DNA of 64,000 bases from NCBI GenBank assembly GCA_001643675.2, contig LSRY02000009.1, positions 620,001 through 684,000 of the forward strand. The letters are read 5' to 3'. The stretch is from Monocercomonoides exilis PA203 (Eukaryota; Protista; Preaxostyla). Under the pieces are notes generated by a model. That model made no database searches, was not told where the DNA came from, and saw only the letters and a list, made by a program, of their open reading frames with translations. Shown here in pieces: positions 25,262-40,170 of the stretch (within the stretch, counting starts at the first letter, position 1; every line of letters starts with the position of its first letter). The position numbers and the translations under genes are program-made.

Positions 25262-27495
25262 ATCCTGCAATTTTTGAAAAGCGTCACATTCAGAATGAAG
25301 CACCAAATTGCCAATTTATTTGAATTCGAATATGCAGGATGGAAGAAATCAGCGAAAAGCAAAAACTCAAAACAGCCAAGAAAATAACCGCATCCAGACC
25401 ATCCTATTTCCTGCAAATATCTTTTGCAAACGACGAAAGAGAAAATTGACACTTTATCCAATTCGGTTTACTGCAATGGATGTTTTGATCAAACCTTTTT
25501 AAAAGAATAAGAATTCTAATTTAAAAAAGGAGGATTGAAGGAAAAATATTTTCAACAAAATAAGCTATCTTTTTTGTCTATATTTGAAAAATCGAAGAAT
25601 TAAACATTATTGATAAATGGATATTATTTAAATCATTTTGCATTTTGAGGCAAAAGTAGATACAACAACGAAAATGCGAAATGTTTGCTTGTAATTCGCT
25701 GTATCTTTTTTTATTTCAATTCAATTTGAAGATATTTACATCCGCTATCTTTTTCAGACCCGGGAATTTGACATTTTTTTTCAAATGGGCAGTCTTCGCT
25801 TTTCAGAGCAGAAAAAGTCTGACTGTGAGTGTTGGGCCAACGTGCATATGTTTAACATATTGGAGGAGCATTTGATTCTGTTAATCTTTCGGAGAAACAT
25901 GATTGAATTGAAAAGATTATTAAAGCGTTTCTTTTTATCGAAAAGTCAGAAATAGACTTCTTTGAGGGCGAAAAGACTGTTGGAAAGGACGTTTGGTGAA
26001 TCCTCTTGCGAAACTGTGGAAAATTTGTGGAATAATTATTTTCTGTTGGAGGATAACAAGCATTGATTACAAAACAATATGTATATAAACATATTTTGAA
26101 GGTTTGCAGTTATTTTTTGTTAACGTTGCATAATTTTATTGTTTTTGCTGTTGAAAGAATAAGAAACCTATTTATTTTGTGAGAAAAGAAGAAAAATAAT
26201 GAATTGGCAGAAAAGGAAAGTGAAGGATGGACAAAACGTATATGTTGAAGGAGAAGTAGTTGCAAGAACTTATGGTATTGGATTTAGACGAAGAATTATT
26301 TTTGGAAGAAAGACGAGTTGAGTGAAAAAAGTGAACAAAAAATGGAAAATGAGGAAAGAGTGAAACAGAAAATGAGATTATCATATGATTCCTATTTTTA
26401 ATTTTTGAGATGGAGAGGGTTTTACAAAATGTGAAAAGGAGTTAGAGGTTTTTATTCGCTAGATGATATTCAAAATGGAAAAAGAAGAGTATTTCTTTTT
26501 GCTTCTCTTTTGTTGTTTGAAGAAATTTCTCTTCACAATTCTCGACTTTCAATCATTTTATTCAATTCATTTGTATATAATCATCTTCTTCCTCTTTTCA
26601 AAACAACAACATCATATCACACAACTTCCTATCGTTGTTTCTATTCTTATCATCCTTGTTTATTTTTTTATTTATTCACATCTGCATAGTGGATTATTGG
26701 AGAAAAGAAGGAAAGAAGAAATCTATTGTCAATCCATTTCGATTTCCATGTAAATATTTTCTACGGATAATGAAATGTCGAGCTGAATGTTTCCAACTGT
26801 AGAATTAATGGATGTAGAATTAAAGAAGAAAGACTTCATGTTGGACGAAGATAACAAATCTTGAAAATAGACAAAACAAAATTGCTTCATCTTCGAAAGG
26901 AAGAGAAAGAGTACCAATTTGAATATCTTGTATATCATCGAAAATGAATGGGAATGTCTCAACAATTGTTTTTTTAATTATCTTCCTTCATGCTTGCTTA
27001 TACGATATTGCAGACGAACTTCATTCAGATATCAACAAAAGTTAGATTGATTGGATTTTTTTAAATATTTCAATTAGCATTGCCGTTCACAATGCTTGAA
27101 ACTCGCAGCGTATGTTGGAGCAAAAGATTTATTGGCAAATTTCCACCGATATAATTCTTTTTATTGGGTACAACAGAATTCTAATATGATTTAATGCAAC
27201 TTAAGTCGAATTTTCTTTCAAAACAGACATCGTTAACGAACTCGACATTGAATGGAAAAGGGATTTTGTGGAAAAATAAATGCATTTAATCAAAATATAT
27301 ATTTTATCAATTTCATCCAAAAGATTATCTTTTTTAAAAAAAATTATCCAACCATTATAAAATTTTTTGATTTGAGATTTCAAATTTTTGTGCGAGTTTT
27401 TTGCAGCTCAGAAATAGTATTCACAGGGATACACTTTTGTGGCAACATAAAAGAGCTCATTTATGGAGTTTAACATGATTAAGGAAAGCACTAGC

Positions 27496-30400
27496 ATGGA
27501 AAATATTGATCAAAGTGATGATTATTGCAATTTAACTTCTTCTTGTGATAAGGCTGATATCAATGAACAAAACCATAATACTATGAATATCCCTTATGTA
27601 TGTTATTGAAGAATTACATTGTTATAGATTTTTATCATTTATTTTTGTTTCAAAACAATTTCAACAAACAATACATGATTTTCTGATAATTTACTTTCAA
27701 TATGATTTGTTTTATATCGTAGTCTGCTGATGATAGTGAAAACATTGCAACTTCATTTAGAAATATTGCACTGACAGGAACAGGATTGAAGGGAGGACAG
27801 CAAAGTCCTCAGATGTCAAAATCTCCTCATCTTCCCTTTGAATCAATACTTCAATCAGCTGAAATAATACCAGAAGTACAGGATCATAATAGTAAATCTT
27901 CCTCCCCCATATCGAAATCTTATCGTCATTCAACATTATATGAAACACCAAAGCAATCACAATCAAATGCACTTTTGACAACGAGATCATCACAGATGCC
28001 GACAAACAAAACAACTTTGATGGAATATGAATTATCCCCCACTGACCCCTTTGACACAAAGCCTTTTTGCGCCTACAGATCTTTACAAGAATTTACAAAT
28101 AATCAAGCGACTTCTGAAACTGCTTCTGACATTTCACCTTTCAGAGCATCCTTTTCACCTTCACCAAGCCCTATTCATGGACGTCGTTATGTAGAACAAT
28201 CAGTTGCTGCATTTTATGATACTGAACATACAGGCCAATCATCAGAGCCAGCAGGTTCCATGCTGCCAGATGTTGTTGGTACACCATTTAAACAAATCAC
28301 ATCAAATGAAACAATGAAAAATGAGTCGTTGAAAGAAGATCATTCAGAAAAAATAACATTGTTTCCTTCATTTGAAATGCAACGCACTCCCGACGAGGCA
28401 AAGAGGAAAGAAGATGAAATCTTTTCTTCGAGCGACGAAGCATTAAATCAAAAACTGTTGACAGATCGAGCAATTGAAGATAATTCCTTTTTGGATCTTT
28501 CATCAAATGACATTCATTCACCGTTGTTCGATGATGATTCGATGCTTTTCTCTTCACAGGAAAATGATGCGCCGACATTCGGCTCTTCTGATTTCGACTC
28601 AGGTTTTCCCGAGTCAGAGAAATTCGAATACGCTTTTTCGAGTCGCATTGGCTTTGATAGAAACAAGATAAAGCACGAAAACTACAATGACATGGATCTC
28701 AATCCGTTGCAGGCTCATTATTTAACTTCTTCATCTCACGACCAGGCAGGAACTGCGCCTGCTGATGATCTGAAATTTGAAGATGATATTCTATTTTCTC
28801 AATTAGCAAACAGAAAAATATATTCGATAGAAACTCCTCAATCGGAGTCACATTCATTGTCAGGTTCAACATTTTCTTCTTCTTCTTCTTCTTCTTCTTT
28901 TTCTCCTTCGCGTACTTCTTCAACAACAGAAAATGCATCATCACCCACGGCAATTAACAAAAAATTAGGAACGTCTCCACATGAGAAAACACATTTCTTG
29001 TCTCACTACAGCGATTTGCTCTCCTTTTCTGACAGCAAAACGAATGTGAATGACCCAATCAACGCACTTACTTCGCCATTTCATTCTTCTTCCACATCTT
29101 CGCTCGCATTGCCAAGGTATTTTGGAGCAACATCTTCAAGCCAGTCACAAAGACCATCAAGCACAAACTCCCCGGTCAGTTCAGAAACAAATAACGGCTC
29201 GATTTCTCTTTTAATTTCAATGGCACAATTTGACAATTTTGAAAACAAAGCGTTTCAAAGTCCGTTGACAACTCCATCTCTTTCTCCACGCTCTGTTTGC
29301 GGATCAAGAAGAAGGAAGTTTATACAAGAACAGACCAACTCAGAAACGAATCAGAGGACGAGAAATGCATCGCCTGCAGTTGTCTCCAGCTCTGATGAAT
29401 CTCCTTCTTTTTCATCGCGCACTTTCAGCACACACAGATATCTGACATCTTTATCTCCAACAGCTTCGCAATCATCATCATCTACCACTTCTTCTTCAGC
29501 AATATCTTCATTTGACACTGAACGGGACCAACTACACCAGCAGATGCTCACCAATCAGTTTGATTTTTTTGCCTCTTCTCGTCCTGATTCGCCTTTTGCT
29601 GCTGTAAAGACTGAGGCAAATTCTTTGCTATCTTCGAACATGAACGCTGAATTTCAAAATACCAATTCACGTCCACATACACCTTCATCTGCAAGCAATC
29701 CATTTGTTTCTCTTTCGCCTTCTCAAAAATTGAAAGAAGCTTATCATCAGCTGCAAAACAACGATGTTAAACGGATATCACCTCGAAAAATAAGCGGAAA
29801 ATTTACTAAGAATTTAGGAGAAATGCGATTTGAAGGCTTTGTTGCTGATAATGAGCTCGACACCTCAGCAAATGATGCTGAAGAATTGTACCAGAAGGAA
29901 ACTGAAAGAGGAGACGAAATGAATATAATGGAGACTCCTCCATCACCTTCATCTGCGATGGGGAAAACAACATGCCAACGAAATCTAAATTCTTTTTCAG
30001 TCAAAATGCAAATGAAATTCACAGAAAAAACTGAGAAGCAACTTTCACAATTGAACGATTCAGGAAATAATTATGCGCTGTCTGATGCAAATTGCGATAA
30101 ACAAAGTGGATACAATGAAGCACGAAAAAGTGAATTTAAGCTGCAGCAAAAATGTTTTGATTCTCCGGGCAACGAAATCAGCGACGATGGAACAAACGGC
30201 ACATTTGAGAAATTGGAAGAACTGAACGAAACCAATGAGCAAATTTACAGCAATCAAAGCGAGTCATTTAAAAAGAACAATCAGAATACAGAAGAAGATG
30301 ATTTGATGTATCCTCAGAAACAACTTCAACGTGGATACACAAATTATCACCCATTTTCAGGAGAACATCTCTGGAATGATCAAAATGCAGCTGTTAAAAG

Positions 30401-33400
30401 TTATCCACAAACTTGTACATCTCATGATTCTTTATCCACTTCATTTTCTCAGTCCAGGTCCACAGTCAATCAGAAGCAATCTGCTTTGAGCAGTCCATCT
30501 CACACTTCCGCTGAGCACACTTCACGAACATCACATCAGCAATCCACATCAAAACGTATCACAACATCAGCCACCTCATCAGCTTCTCCTTTGTCTTCCT
30601 CTCCTTCTCATTCGAATTCTCCAACTTCTTCTTCTTCCTTTTCTCACTCTTTAAACAACTCACCTCACTCACGCAGAACATACACATCCAACGACCTTTC
30701 GCAAAATGCCATCAAAAAGCCTCGCGGGCGTCCCAAAGGTGCACTTGGACAGAGGAAGAAGAGGATGAAGAAGCGTCTGATAACAGAATGCCGCTCCAGC
30801 GACCCGAATCGTGCTGCTCTGGCCAGCACTTTGCTGACCAAACTGCTGAATGGAGAGCATGTCGAAGCTAACTTTGTCTATCATAAGCACAGCCGAAACC
30901 CAATTTCCTCTTTATCTACAGCTCAGATGGCATTCGAAGAACACAATTCTGGAAATGAAAGCAATGCCGAAAGGAAAAATATGGATGAGAACGGAGAACA
31001 ATCCGAAGAGCATATTTTTGGCGCAGATGGAACAGAAGGAGAAGATGAAGATGAAGAGGAAGGAGAAGGAGAGGAAGAAAAGGATTGGATAAAACAAGAA
31101 GAGGCTAACGCATCGCACAACTCGAATAATGACAGCAACAACATCAATGAAAGCGAAGACCAAAAAGCAAAAATGAGCAATCAAACTGCGAAAGTTCAGA
31201 AATCAGATGCAACACCCTGCAAAAGCGCACATCCACAAGTCCATTCAGCAACAACAGCTGCAACATCCTCCAATTTGCTTCAAAGCCCTTCTCTTTCTTC
31301 TTCTCTTGAAGCATATGCTTCTTCACCGACAAAAAGCATCAACGCGTCTGAAGACGACGAAATGTCCTGGCTGCAGTCAGATAGCGAGGCAGATAAACGG
31401 TCTGAACTTGGTTCGCCGACTGATGAGTCGCGAAGGCGGACGCGTGTTCTTGTTCCACGAGAACACAGGCCACCTTCGCGAGACAGTGAGTTTGTCACTT
31501 TCTTTTCTACAAGAGCGAAAAGGGCACCAAATTCGACCCAGCAAATCAGTGTAGAAAAATCAGCAGCGTCAAAAACTCATTCAGAATTCACTGCATCAAC
31601 ACCTTCTTCGATTCTTTCTCCGCTGAAAGAAGACAGAACAAAAGATGAAATATCAAAAGGTTCATTTGACAGTTTTGGTTTCAATACTGCTGGGAAATCG
31701 ATATTCTCACAAAAACGTTCAAACAAAAATTCAAAAAAATCGAAGAGATCATGCAAAAATCGAACAAAGTCTTCAAAAATAGCACAGCAAGTTGCAATCA
31801 GCCATCTTCAAACGAGTTTTCAGCAAGATAGATTTCAGTTACCATCTTCAATTACATCTGGAATTTCTTCACTATCAACGAAATTGAATGAATCTTGCCT
31901 TTATTCAGACAAACATTCAGGAGTCAAGCAAATGGAAAAGAAACAACATTCATCGAATTATTCAACAAGATCGCAAAAGTTATCAACGCCTCAGCTATCT
32001 GAGGAAATGATTGATGACAAATATGATACAAAAGACAAATTCGGAATAAAATTGCATGGAATAGAGAAAAACTTCAACCACAACAACGGCAAATCAACGA
32101 GAATAACTGCTTTTGAGCATTCTGGTTTCAACAACAGCGATTATGATGATTCAAGCAGCTTAGATTTCTCGACTGACGATGATTTGGACTCAGACTCGAG
32201 TTTTGATGAAGAAGAAGATCTGAGACTGGATTATAATGCTGTTTTGGAAGCATTCAAAAGATCAAAAAATGAGAAAGAAAATTCCAGAGATCTAAACGTA
32301 GAAAACAAAAACTCAAAAATGAAAGAAAGCGAAATTGAAGGAATGGATGAAGATTTTGGATTCAATGAATTTAAATACAATAATGTGAGACGCGAGCAGC
32401 ACAATGTTGATCACGGAAAGGCTTCAACAAAACGAGCAGATTGGATTCACATGGATTCAAGGAGCTTTTCTGAGGACTCAGAATTATCTTCCACAAGCAA
32501 CGATACAACAAGGAGAGCAAATGCTAAAGGAAAAAAATGCGAAAGAAATAGAATGGAATTTGATAGTCCGACAAGAATTGTGAAAGGAGACCTTACAGTT
32601 GAAGAAGAAATGGAGTTGCTTGAAAAGGAAGAGGAGGAGCTGGACAAGCACAGTCATGATAGAAGCAACAATTCATTTGAATTTGAAGAAACAGAAGAAA
32701 TGAATTCAAATAAACAAGAAAGCAGAAAGCAAAGAGGAAGAGGAAGAGGAAAGGAGGTTTACAGAAATTGGGCAAAACAACCGAACTCAATGAAATATTC
32801 CGAGGGTGAAAACTTTGAACAAGATAATTTTGAAGATAGCTCATTTGATGAAAATCTGTTTGACAGCGAATCAACTGATACACAGAACGAAGAAGCCCAT
32901 GATGGAGGTGAAGAAAGGGAAGAAAGGGAAGAAAGGGAAGAAAGGATGGACGCACCCGGAAAGGGGAAATCAGCAACTTCAGTTGGCTTCTTATCGCCCA
33001 AACGCCAGCAACATCCACCTTCTCAGTCGCATTTCCGCCGCTCGACTTCTGCCACACGAGTTGGCTTGAGAGGCAATCAGATGGGCAACTTTTCGTTGGC
33101 ATCCAGAAATATGCAGATTGGTTCGCACCTTGGAACAGGAAGAGGAAAAGGAATAAGAATGGCAGATGAGTTTGATTGTGACATGCATTCTGAAGAAATA
33201 GAAGAAAGAGAATATGAGCCACAGTATTGGAATATCTCCTCTGTTTTTTCTCCACGAAGCAAGAAGAAGCAATCAAAAAGAACACAACAAAAGGATGAAA
33301 AGTTGTCCAAAGTTACAAAAGAGAACAGAAAGGATATTTGCAAAATGGAGATAACAGAGAAAGAATCAAGAGAAAGAGGGACAAAGATTACAACAAATGC

Positions 33401-35153
33401 ACAAAGAGATTCCGAAGAAATGTCTTCAACAGCAAAAATTAGTTCAAAGCAAAAGCAAACCAATTCCAAAAGAAAGAATGAAGAAATAAAAGAACAAAGA
33501 CAACAAACTATCAATCCGAATATGGCTCACCAACATTTACAACAGTTTCAGCAGGCGCTTCCATTGCAAGTTTCACCAAAGTTCTTTGAAGGTGGTTTCT
33601 TTCAACTGCAAAAGCCTTCGTGGTTTTCTTCTTCTCCGGACACTTCTGCTTTTGCTTCAACTTCATATACAACTCCAGCCGGAGCATCAATTAGATCAAA
33701 TCAAATACAAATGATTCCATTCACATCAACTCCTTTATTCACGTTGAACCAAAACAGAAATGGAGAATGCAACGGATCTCTTCCAGAGTGGCTGACACAG
33801 CCACTGAAACTGGAGCCGCAACAGATACAAAAATTTGAGGGAATTCAAAAAGAATCCGACAAATTGGAAATTAAACAAGACATCAAACCAGATAATGGAA
33901 GCAAAAATTTTGTTGAAGCTGCACACAAAAAAATTTTAACAGCCCAACAACAACAGCAGATGCAGATGCAACTTTGTCAGAGGCAATTAATGTTTTTGCA
34001 GCATCAGCAACAACAGCAGCAGTTACAGCAGCAAGCGCAGATTCGTTATCCCTTCCAACCTTCTCGGAAACAATGTACTCCTTCCGAGGTGAACTTTCCT
34101 CCTCCGCCTTCGTCTCTTTCTCTTTCTTCTTCTCAGGCGGTGTCAACACAAGAGCAACGCTCAGATATGTCAATTACATCACAGATGACGCATATTCTGC
34201 ACTCTCATGGGTCAACAATTGAAAGTGGTGTGCTGTCCATTCATACAAGTTCGCAATCAAAAAAGCAGAAAGATGAACAAACTGATATAAAAGAAGCAAA
34301 TGAAAACAATTATAGTGCTGCAACTTCTTCTTTTCCGTTGCCTTTATCTTCTCATGGAGCTCTGTTACATTCAAATAAAGCAACGTCAACAACTTCAAAT
34401 AGTTTGGAACAACAACCTTTATCTCAACAACCAAACACCAAGCCATTTCGCTATACAACTTCTCCTCCTCACTTCAGCTCGTTTCCACAAAAGTCTTCTT
34501 ACACTGCAGCTGCTTCTTCTGCTCCATGCACAAGCTCATTCAGTGTAAAGCCGTTGACTTTCTTTCCATCACCACTCATGTCTTCAGTCAATACAAGCAT
34601 TAACAATAATCGTTTGCAACCTTCTTCCTCGTCTTGTGCACCTTCTCTTTCATCAACTTCGTTTTTGCGTGCGCCAATTGCTAATGCAACATTGTCGCAA
34701 CCTTCAATCCCCTTAAGCTCGAAAGCAGCCAACTCTCTTCCTCCTCCTTTATTTAAGCCTCCACTTTCACCATCTTCATTACAATCTTCTTCATTTTCCA
34801 CTTCTATTCCATATGTTTGTAACTCTTATGGTTCATTGCCTTCAATGTTTCAAGTTTCAACAGCTCCTTCTTCATTCACATCTGGAACTGCTTCTTCATT
34901 TTCGCCTTCACAACAACAGCCAATTCAATCGAAAGAACTCATTCCAAAGACTTCGACAAAATCGATAACTTTTGTTGATCCATCTTTGAGATCTGTGTCT
35001 TCTCAAATGACTGTTACTCCATCAACCACTGCTTCATTTTCTTCTTCATTGACATCTTTCAATTCTGATTTTGTTCCATCTTCAGCTGCTCCAACTCTAA
35101 TATTGCAACAATCAGTTTCAAAGCCTTGCTCCATTCAATCATTCATTGCATAA
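27496..35153 (+). CDS. Very large (~2510 aa) Ser/Gln/Glu-rich, probably disordered protein with an AT-hook motif
   Basis: Exon 1 27496-27597, GTATGT..TAG intron 27598-27722, then an uninterrupted in-frame 7.4-kb exon. KKPRGRPKG near 30715 is followed by a basic NLS-like RKKRMKKR. Confidence 0.85.
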
Positions 35154-35984
35154 GCTTGTTGGCATGCTTGAAGCAACGAAGGATCGAATTCTTAATTTCA
35201 ACTTAAAGGATAAGATTTCCATTTGAATAAAAAAATTTTGTTCAAGAATTAAAGAAAACATGTGTTTTTAGTTTTCTTGTTAAAAGAACAAGCGAAACTA
35301 GAATTAACTTGTTCACTTTCCTAATTTTTATCATGTGTGAAGTTTAGAATCAACATACAAAAATTGTTGAGTGGATAGAATTTTAAAATTGTTATATTTA
35401 TAATATAATTATTATTATTTTGTTGAAGAAAATATTTATTATGTTTGTTCATAACAGCTAAAAATAGTCTGTGAAAAAAAAATTATATTTATTAAAAAAA
35501 ACACAAATCAAATTATACCAAAATATTTGTAATTCCACTTTGCGTTTATTTTTTGTGATAAAAATGGTTCAAACAAAATTTGTAAAGTCTCTTTTTTTTG
35601 CAAAGCACACTTAACATGGAAAATGAAATAAGATTATGGAAATAAATGTGTATCACTGAAATCAACTTTCAAGACACAACAGAAAATCTGTCAAAAAAAT
35701 GAAATACTCAAATTGATTTTAAATGAACAAAAGAGATGCAATAAATATACAACGGAAAGTTCCACTCTTTGAACGAACCAAACATTCTTTAAAAAAGTTC
35801 AAGCTGTAATCAATCGTTCATGCTTTAAATCGAACAAAACACATTATTCCACACTGAAAATGTGTAAAAAAAATTGAAAAAATTTTCAGAATTTCATTAT
35901 TTAATGGCTGGATTTCTTCCAATCTGAAAAGAGCAATTAAGGATATAAAAAAGTTGAGTTGCAAAATGAAATGCCTCTCATTTT

Positions 35985-37397
35985 CTCAAGCATTCACAGA
36001 ATAATCAGAAATTTCCATCGACAATTTTTCAGAATATTTTTTGTAAAGAAAATATATCACTTCATGAAAGCTTGTGATGATATCTTCGTATCCTTCTTCC
36101 TCCATCTTTTCAAACACTTTCCTTTTGGTTTCCATTTTTCCCGCTTCTTCGATTATTTCTCATTTGTTTTCTTTCAATCGTATTGAAATCGCAGACAAAA
36201 ATCTCGGGCAATCGTATACTATTTTGCCAGCCAGTGTATGCAGATGAATACTCTCCAAAACAGCATCAACTGCTCCACTTTTCAGAAAGTCATCAATTCC
36301 TGTTAATTTTTTATTCACTGCTACCAAATATATTTGGATACAAATGAAAACGATTTCTGCATTATTCTTCGTTGCTGCTCGAAATACATGGGAAATGCTG
36401 CTTAAAATCTTAACAAAGTCTTCATTCTGCAATTGACACTCGCCAAAATAAATGTTTTATGTCTGCATCCATCTCTTCAAAACAAGCTTTTTCTTTTGAC
36501 TCTTTTCCTCTTTTCTCTTCTTTTCTCTCACAATTCACGCATTTTGTCAGCTTTTCCAGTTCTCTGGCAGCCTCTCTCGCAAATAGCAGCTCATCCACTA
36601 TAACCTCTTTCAAACTTTTATCTGATAATCTTTCTATCAAAAACTTCCAAGCAGATTGATACGCAATCCATGTCAAATTGTATTGTTCTTGGTGATATTT
36701 GATGATCTCTTTGAGTTCACTCAAATACAGTTCTTGCCTCAAATCCTGACAATAATAAAGAATAATTGAAACAACTTCAAAAATGAAATAACATTGTTCA
36801 TACACCAATTCCAATGCTATACAAAGCCAGGAAAGCTATTTCCACTTCATTACGAGCTTCCTCGCTTTCCTCTTTCCTCAATGCAACTTTCACAAGGCAA
36901 GGCACGCAAATCGACAATAATTCATCAAAAATGATGTTACTTAGGGAAACATAGCATTCGCAAAGATCAACAAGAAGTTTTTCATTCTTTTCTTCTATTT
37001 TTTCGTTTTCATCAAAAATCATCTTTTCAAATCTTTTGTTCAAAGAAGATTCGTCAAAAGGAAAATTCCAAATTCTTTTCGGAACATTGCAATATCCAAC
37101 ATGTTTCAACATAAATAGTGAATCTCCCAAAGATATTTTGCTTTTTTCGAGCATTTTTTGAATTTTGTTGAACATTTCTTTTGTGAAAACGGAATAAAAT
37201 TCCTCTTCGGTCATTCTATCAATTATTTTATTCATTTCAATGAATTTCTGTTTCTTCTCTTCCTCATCGCAATCTTCCAGTTCGCAAAACAATTCTTCAA
37301 AAAAGAATGAAAGAAAGAAAAACTAATCATCTGGAATTCGAGTACGGTTATAGATGCAAACTATTGAAGATTTTTGCGTTATCAATCTCCTGTACAT
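35985..37397 (-). pseudogene. Frameshifted member of the expanded family
   Basis: ORFs 36798-37292, 36422-36814 and 36160-36432 carry the family motifs in different frames. Confidence 0.85.
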
Positions 37398-38989
37398 TTT
37401 TAAAATTATTTCATTCAAAATACAATATCATTTTTATCATTTGCATTGAATTCGCATATGTTCGAATATAAGAAGCAGATGAAACATAAAAACTCAAAAT
37501 AAAAATTAATAAATCTACTTTCACACAACTGTTTTTTGCATTATTATTTTTGGCGATGTTTTTGAAAAGAAGAAACGTTTTATTTCTGATTTTGTTTGTT
37601 GTTATGGATGTTTTGATCAAATTGTTTTCTCAAAAATGAATTATTCCATGTTTGAATGAAAGAATGATGAATGTAATGTTCATGAGGAATATGTACGATT
37701 ATTACCTGCTGTGGCAGCCGTCAATGATGGAGATGAATTGATTTTGGATTTCTGTCTAACAATTTTTTGGAAATAAATAGACATAGTATACTCAACAATA
37801 AAGTTGTTGATTATTAAAAGCTTTGTGCTTGCTCTTTTTATTTCTATTCATTATGAATACGTCTCCGCTTGCCATCTTTTCAGAAAAGAAACATTGCTTT
37901 TTGTTTTTAATGGCAGAATCCACATCTCTGTTTTGAAATTCACTTCTGAAGAATTAAAAGCAAACAATGATGAAGATGTATCTATACTCATTCTTCCATT
38001 TGTGGAGCTGCACATGACTGGTTCATGTTCTATCAGTCAGATTTCGATGAATGAAAGGGAGCTGATCAAGAGCAATGTTCACAATATGTGACGTTAATCA
38101 GGCTTTGCATGAAAGCAACATAAATACAAACTTTAAGGTTCATACGCTCATTTGGAAGAAAGATATGCTGATGCAAGAGAGATACAAGTCAATCATCTGC
38201 CCTGTTCTACAAACATTGCGTACCTGAATTCATCGGCAAAAGATTTCACGTGATGAGACACATAGACTCAAAAGAGACTGACATTTATTTGAGAAAAAGA
38301 CAATAAAAATATGTCTTTGGCATCTATTGTGAAAGGAATTATCATTCAACAGTTCATCGAAATTGAGAAGCTTGGAAGGTTGGATGAGTGTTGTATATAC
38401 AAATGGGGGAGAATGAGCTGGCACTTGATCTGGAGGTGTGGATGAGAAGAATGCAACAGTGGATGCTTCACCTTCATTGCTGCTTGATTAGCTGCACATG
38501 ACTTCGCGCAACCCAACTGATTCAGGGAGTGTTTCTGTTTGATGCATCGAGAAAAAGACCTGGATATTTGTATGATTGATGTGCACAAATGAAAAGGCAC
38601 ACCATGAAACAGAAGAAGGATCTTGAGAAGAAAAATAAAGAAAAATACAGCTTGAGAAAGAGAGTGATCTTGTGATCAAACAACATTTTTGAAGCAGTCT
38701 GGCCAAGCTGTGTTAAAATCTCAGGGCACACAAAATGTGCACAAGAATTTCTATCACATGTTCACATTGCAGCATAAATTGCTATTTATTCTCTTCAGCT
38801 CAACCAGAGATGCACAATCTTCTCAATACGATTTTTGAATCGCCTGTGACAAATAAAACTAAATTTTTCTTCTGCCAATAACATTTTACTGATTTCTTGT
38901 ACCAACCATATATTTTGGTATCATTTTCTCTCTTCTTCGTGTTGCTCATCTCCTGCAAATGCATCTTTTTTCAATTATGCCATCGTATC

Positions 38990-40170
38990 CATTTCTTGTT
39001 CGTCTTCTTCTTCTCATTGTTCTTTTTCTTTTTTTCCTCTTCTATTTATTCTCATTTTCATTTTCATTCTCCTTCTCCTTCTCCTTCTTTCTCCTCCTTC
39101 TCCAAATCAATCAAGCTATCTTTTCTCGCTTGCTCCTCTTTTGAAGCAAAACCATCATCGATATTTACACATGTTCCTCATCTTTCCCCACATTTTCTTC
39201 TCTTCCATCTGAAGCTATACCCAAAGACCCATCTAATGATTCTTCTTCTGCTCTTGAAATCTTCTGTTGGATGCCATCGGATGGAGAAGAATGATACATT
39301 TCAGCTTCTGTTGAATGCGGCTTGTCTGCCTCAGCCTCATCCTCCGCCTTTGCAAACCTCAGCCAACTCAGCCCAAGCGCCTCCACAACCGTCGACTCCA
39401 TTGCTTCTTCCTGCTTCCCCTGGCTCTTTTTGATTCTTTCCACTAACTCTCTGTGCGCTGCCGGACAGTCTCCTTTCATTTCATCCCCTTCACCTTCCTT
39501 AGCCTCTTCGCGCTCCTCCAGCACCGCCTGCAAAAGAGCCTCATCCTTCGTCCTCAACCCCATTTCCTCCAATTCCTTCCCCACAATATCTCCAACTTTG
39601 CACAATTATCACTTTGTCCTCAAACTTCATCTCCACACGCCTCGACTGCGGAGATTACCATATCTGCAGCGACGGATCAAACAGATCGTAGATCGACGGG
39701 AACGCATTCACATCTGCCGCAGCAAAGATTCACTTGCTCCCCGACTTCGTGCCCACTGATGCTGCAATCAAAGAAAGCTGCTTCACCAGCGGAACCGAAA
39801 GCATTGCCGAAAGTGCCACATCGTAGGCACACACAACATCCCCACACAGCATCGCACACAGAGCTTCGACATATCCCTCGAAGCGTCTGCAATTCCTTCA
39901 AAAACGACTTCTTGTGATTTGCACACACCCCTGCTGCCTTATGCACCGCAATTCGCAGTCGCCTCTCTATCTCTTCCATTACTGCCACCTATGTGTATGA
40001 CGCTGCCACCACCGACGCATCCGAAGGGTCAATCGCAGGCGCTGATGATGGCTGATCATCTCATGTCACTTTCTTCTCTTCGCTTCTCCGCCTCCGGAAT
40101 GGAAAAGTTGATAAAGAATACGAAAGACACTGAGCAAAGAGACAACTGCCGAGCTGCGCTAGTCACAAGA
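38990..40170 (-). pseudogene. Degenerate unidentified gene fragment
   Basis: GC-richer coding-like block with ORFs 39677-39988 and 39165-39605 broken by stops and a frameshift. Confidence 0.4.
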
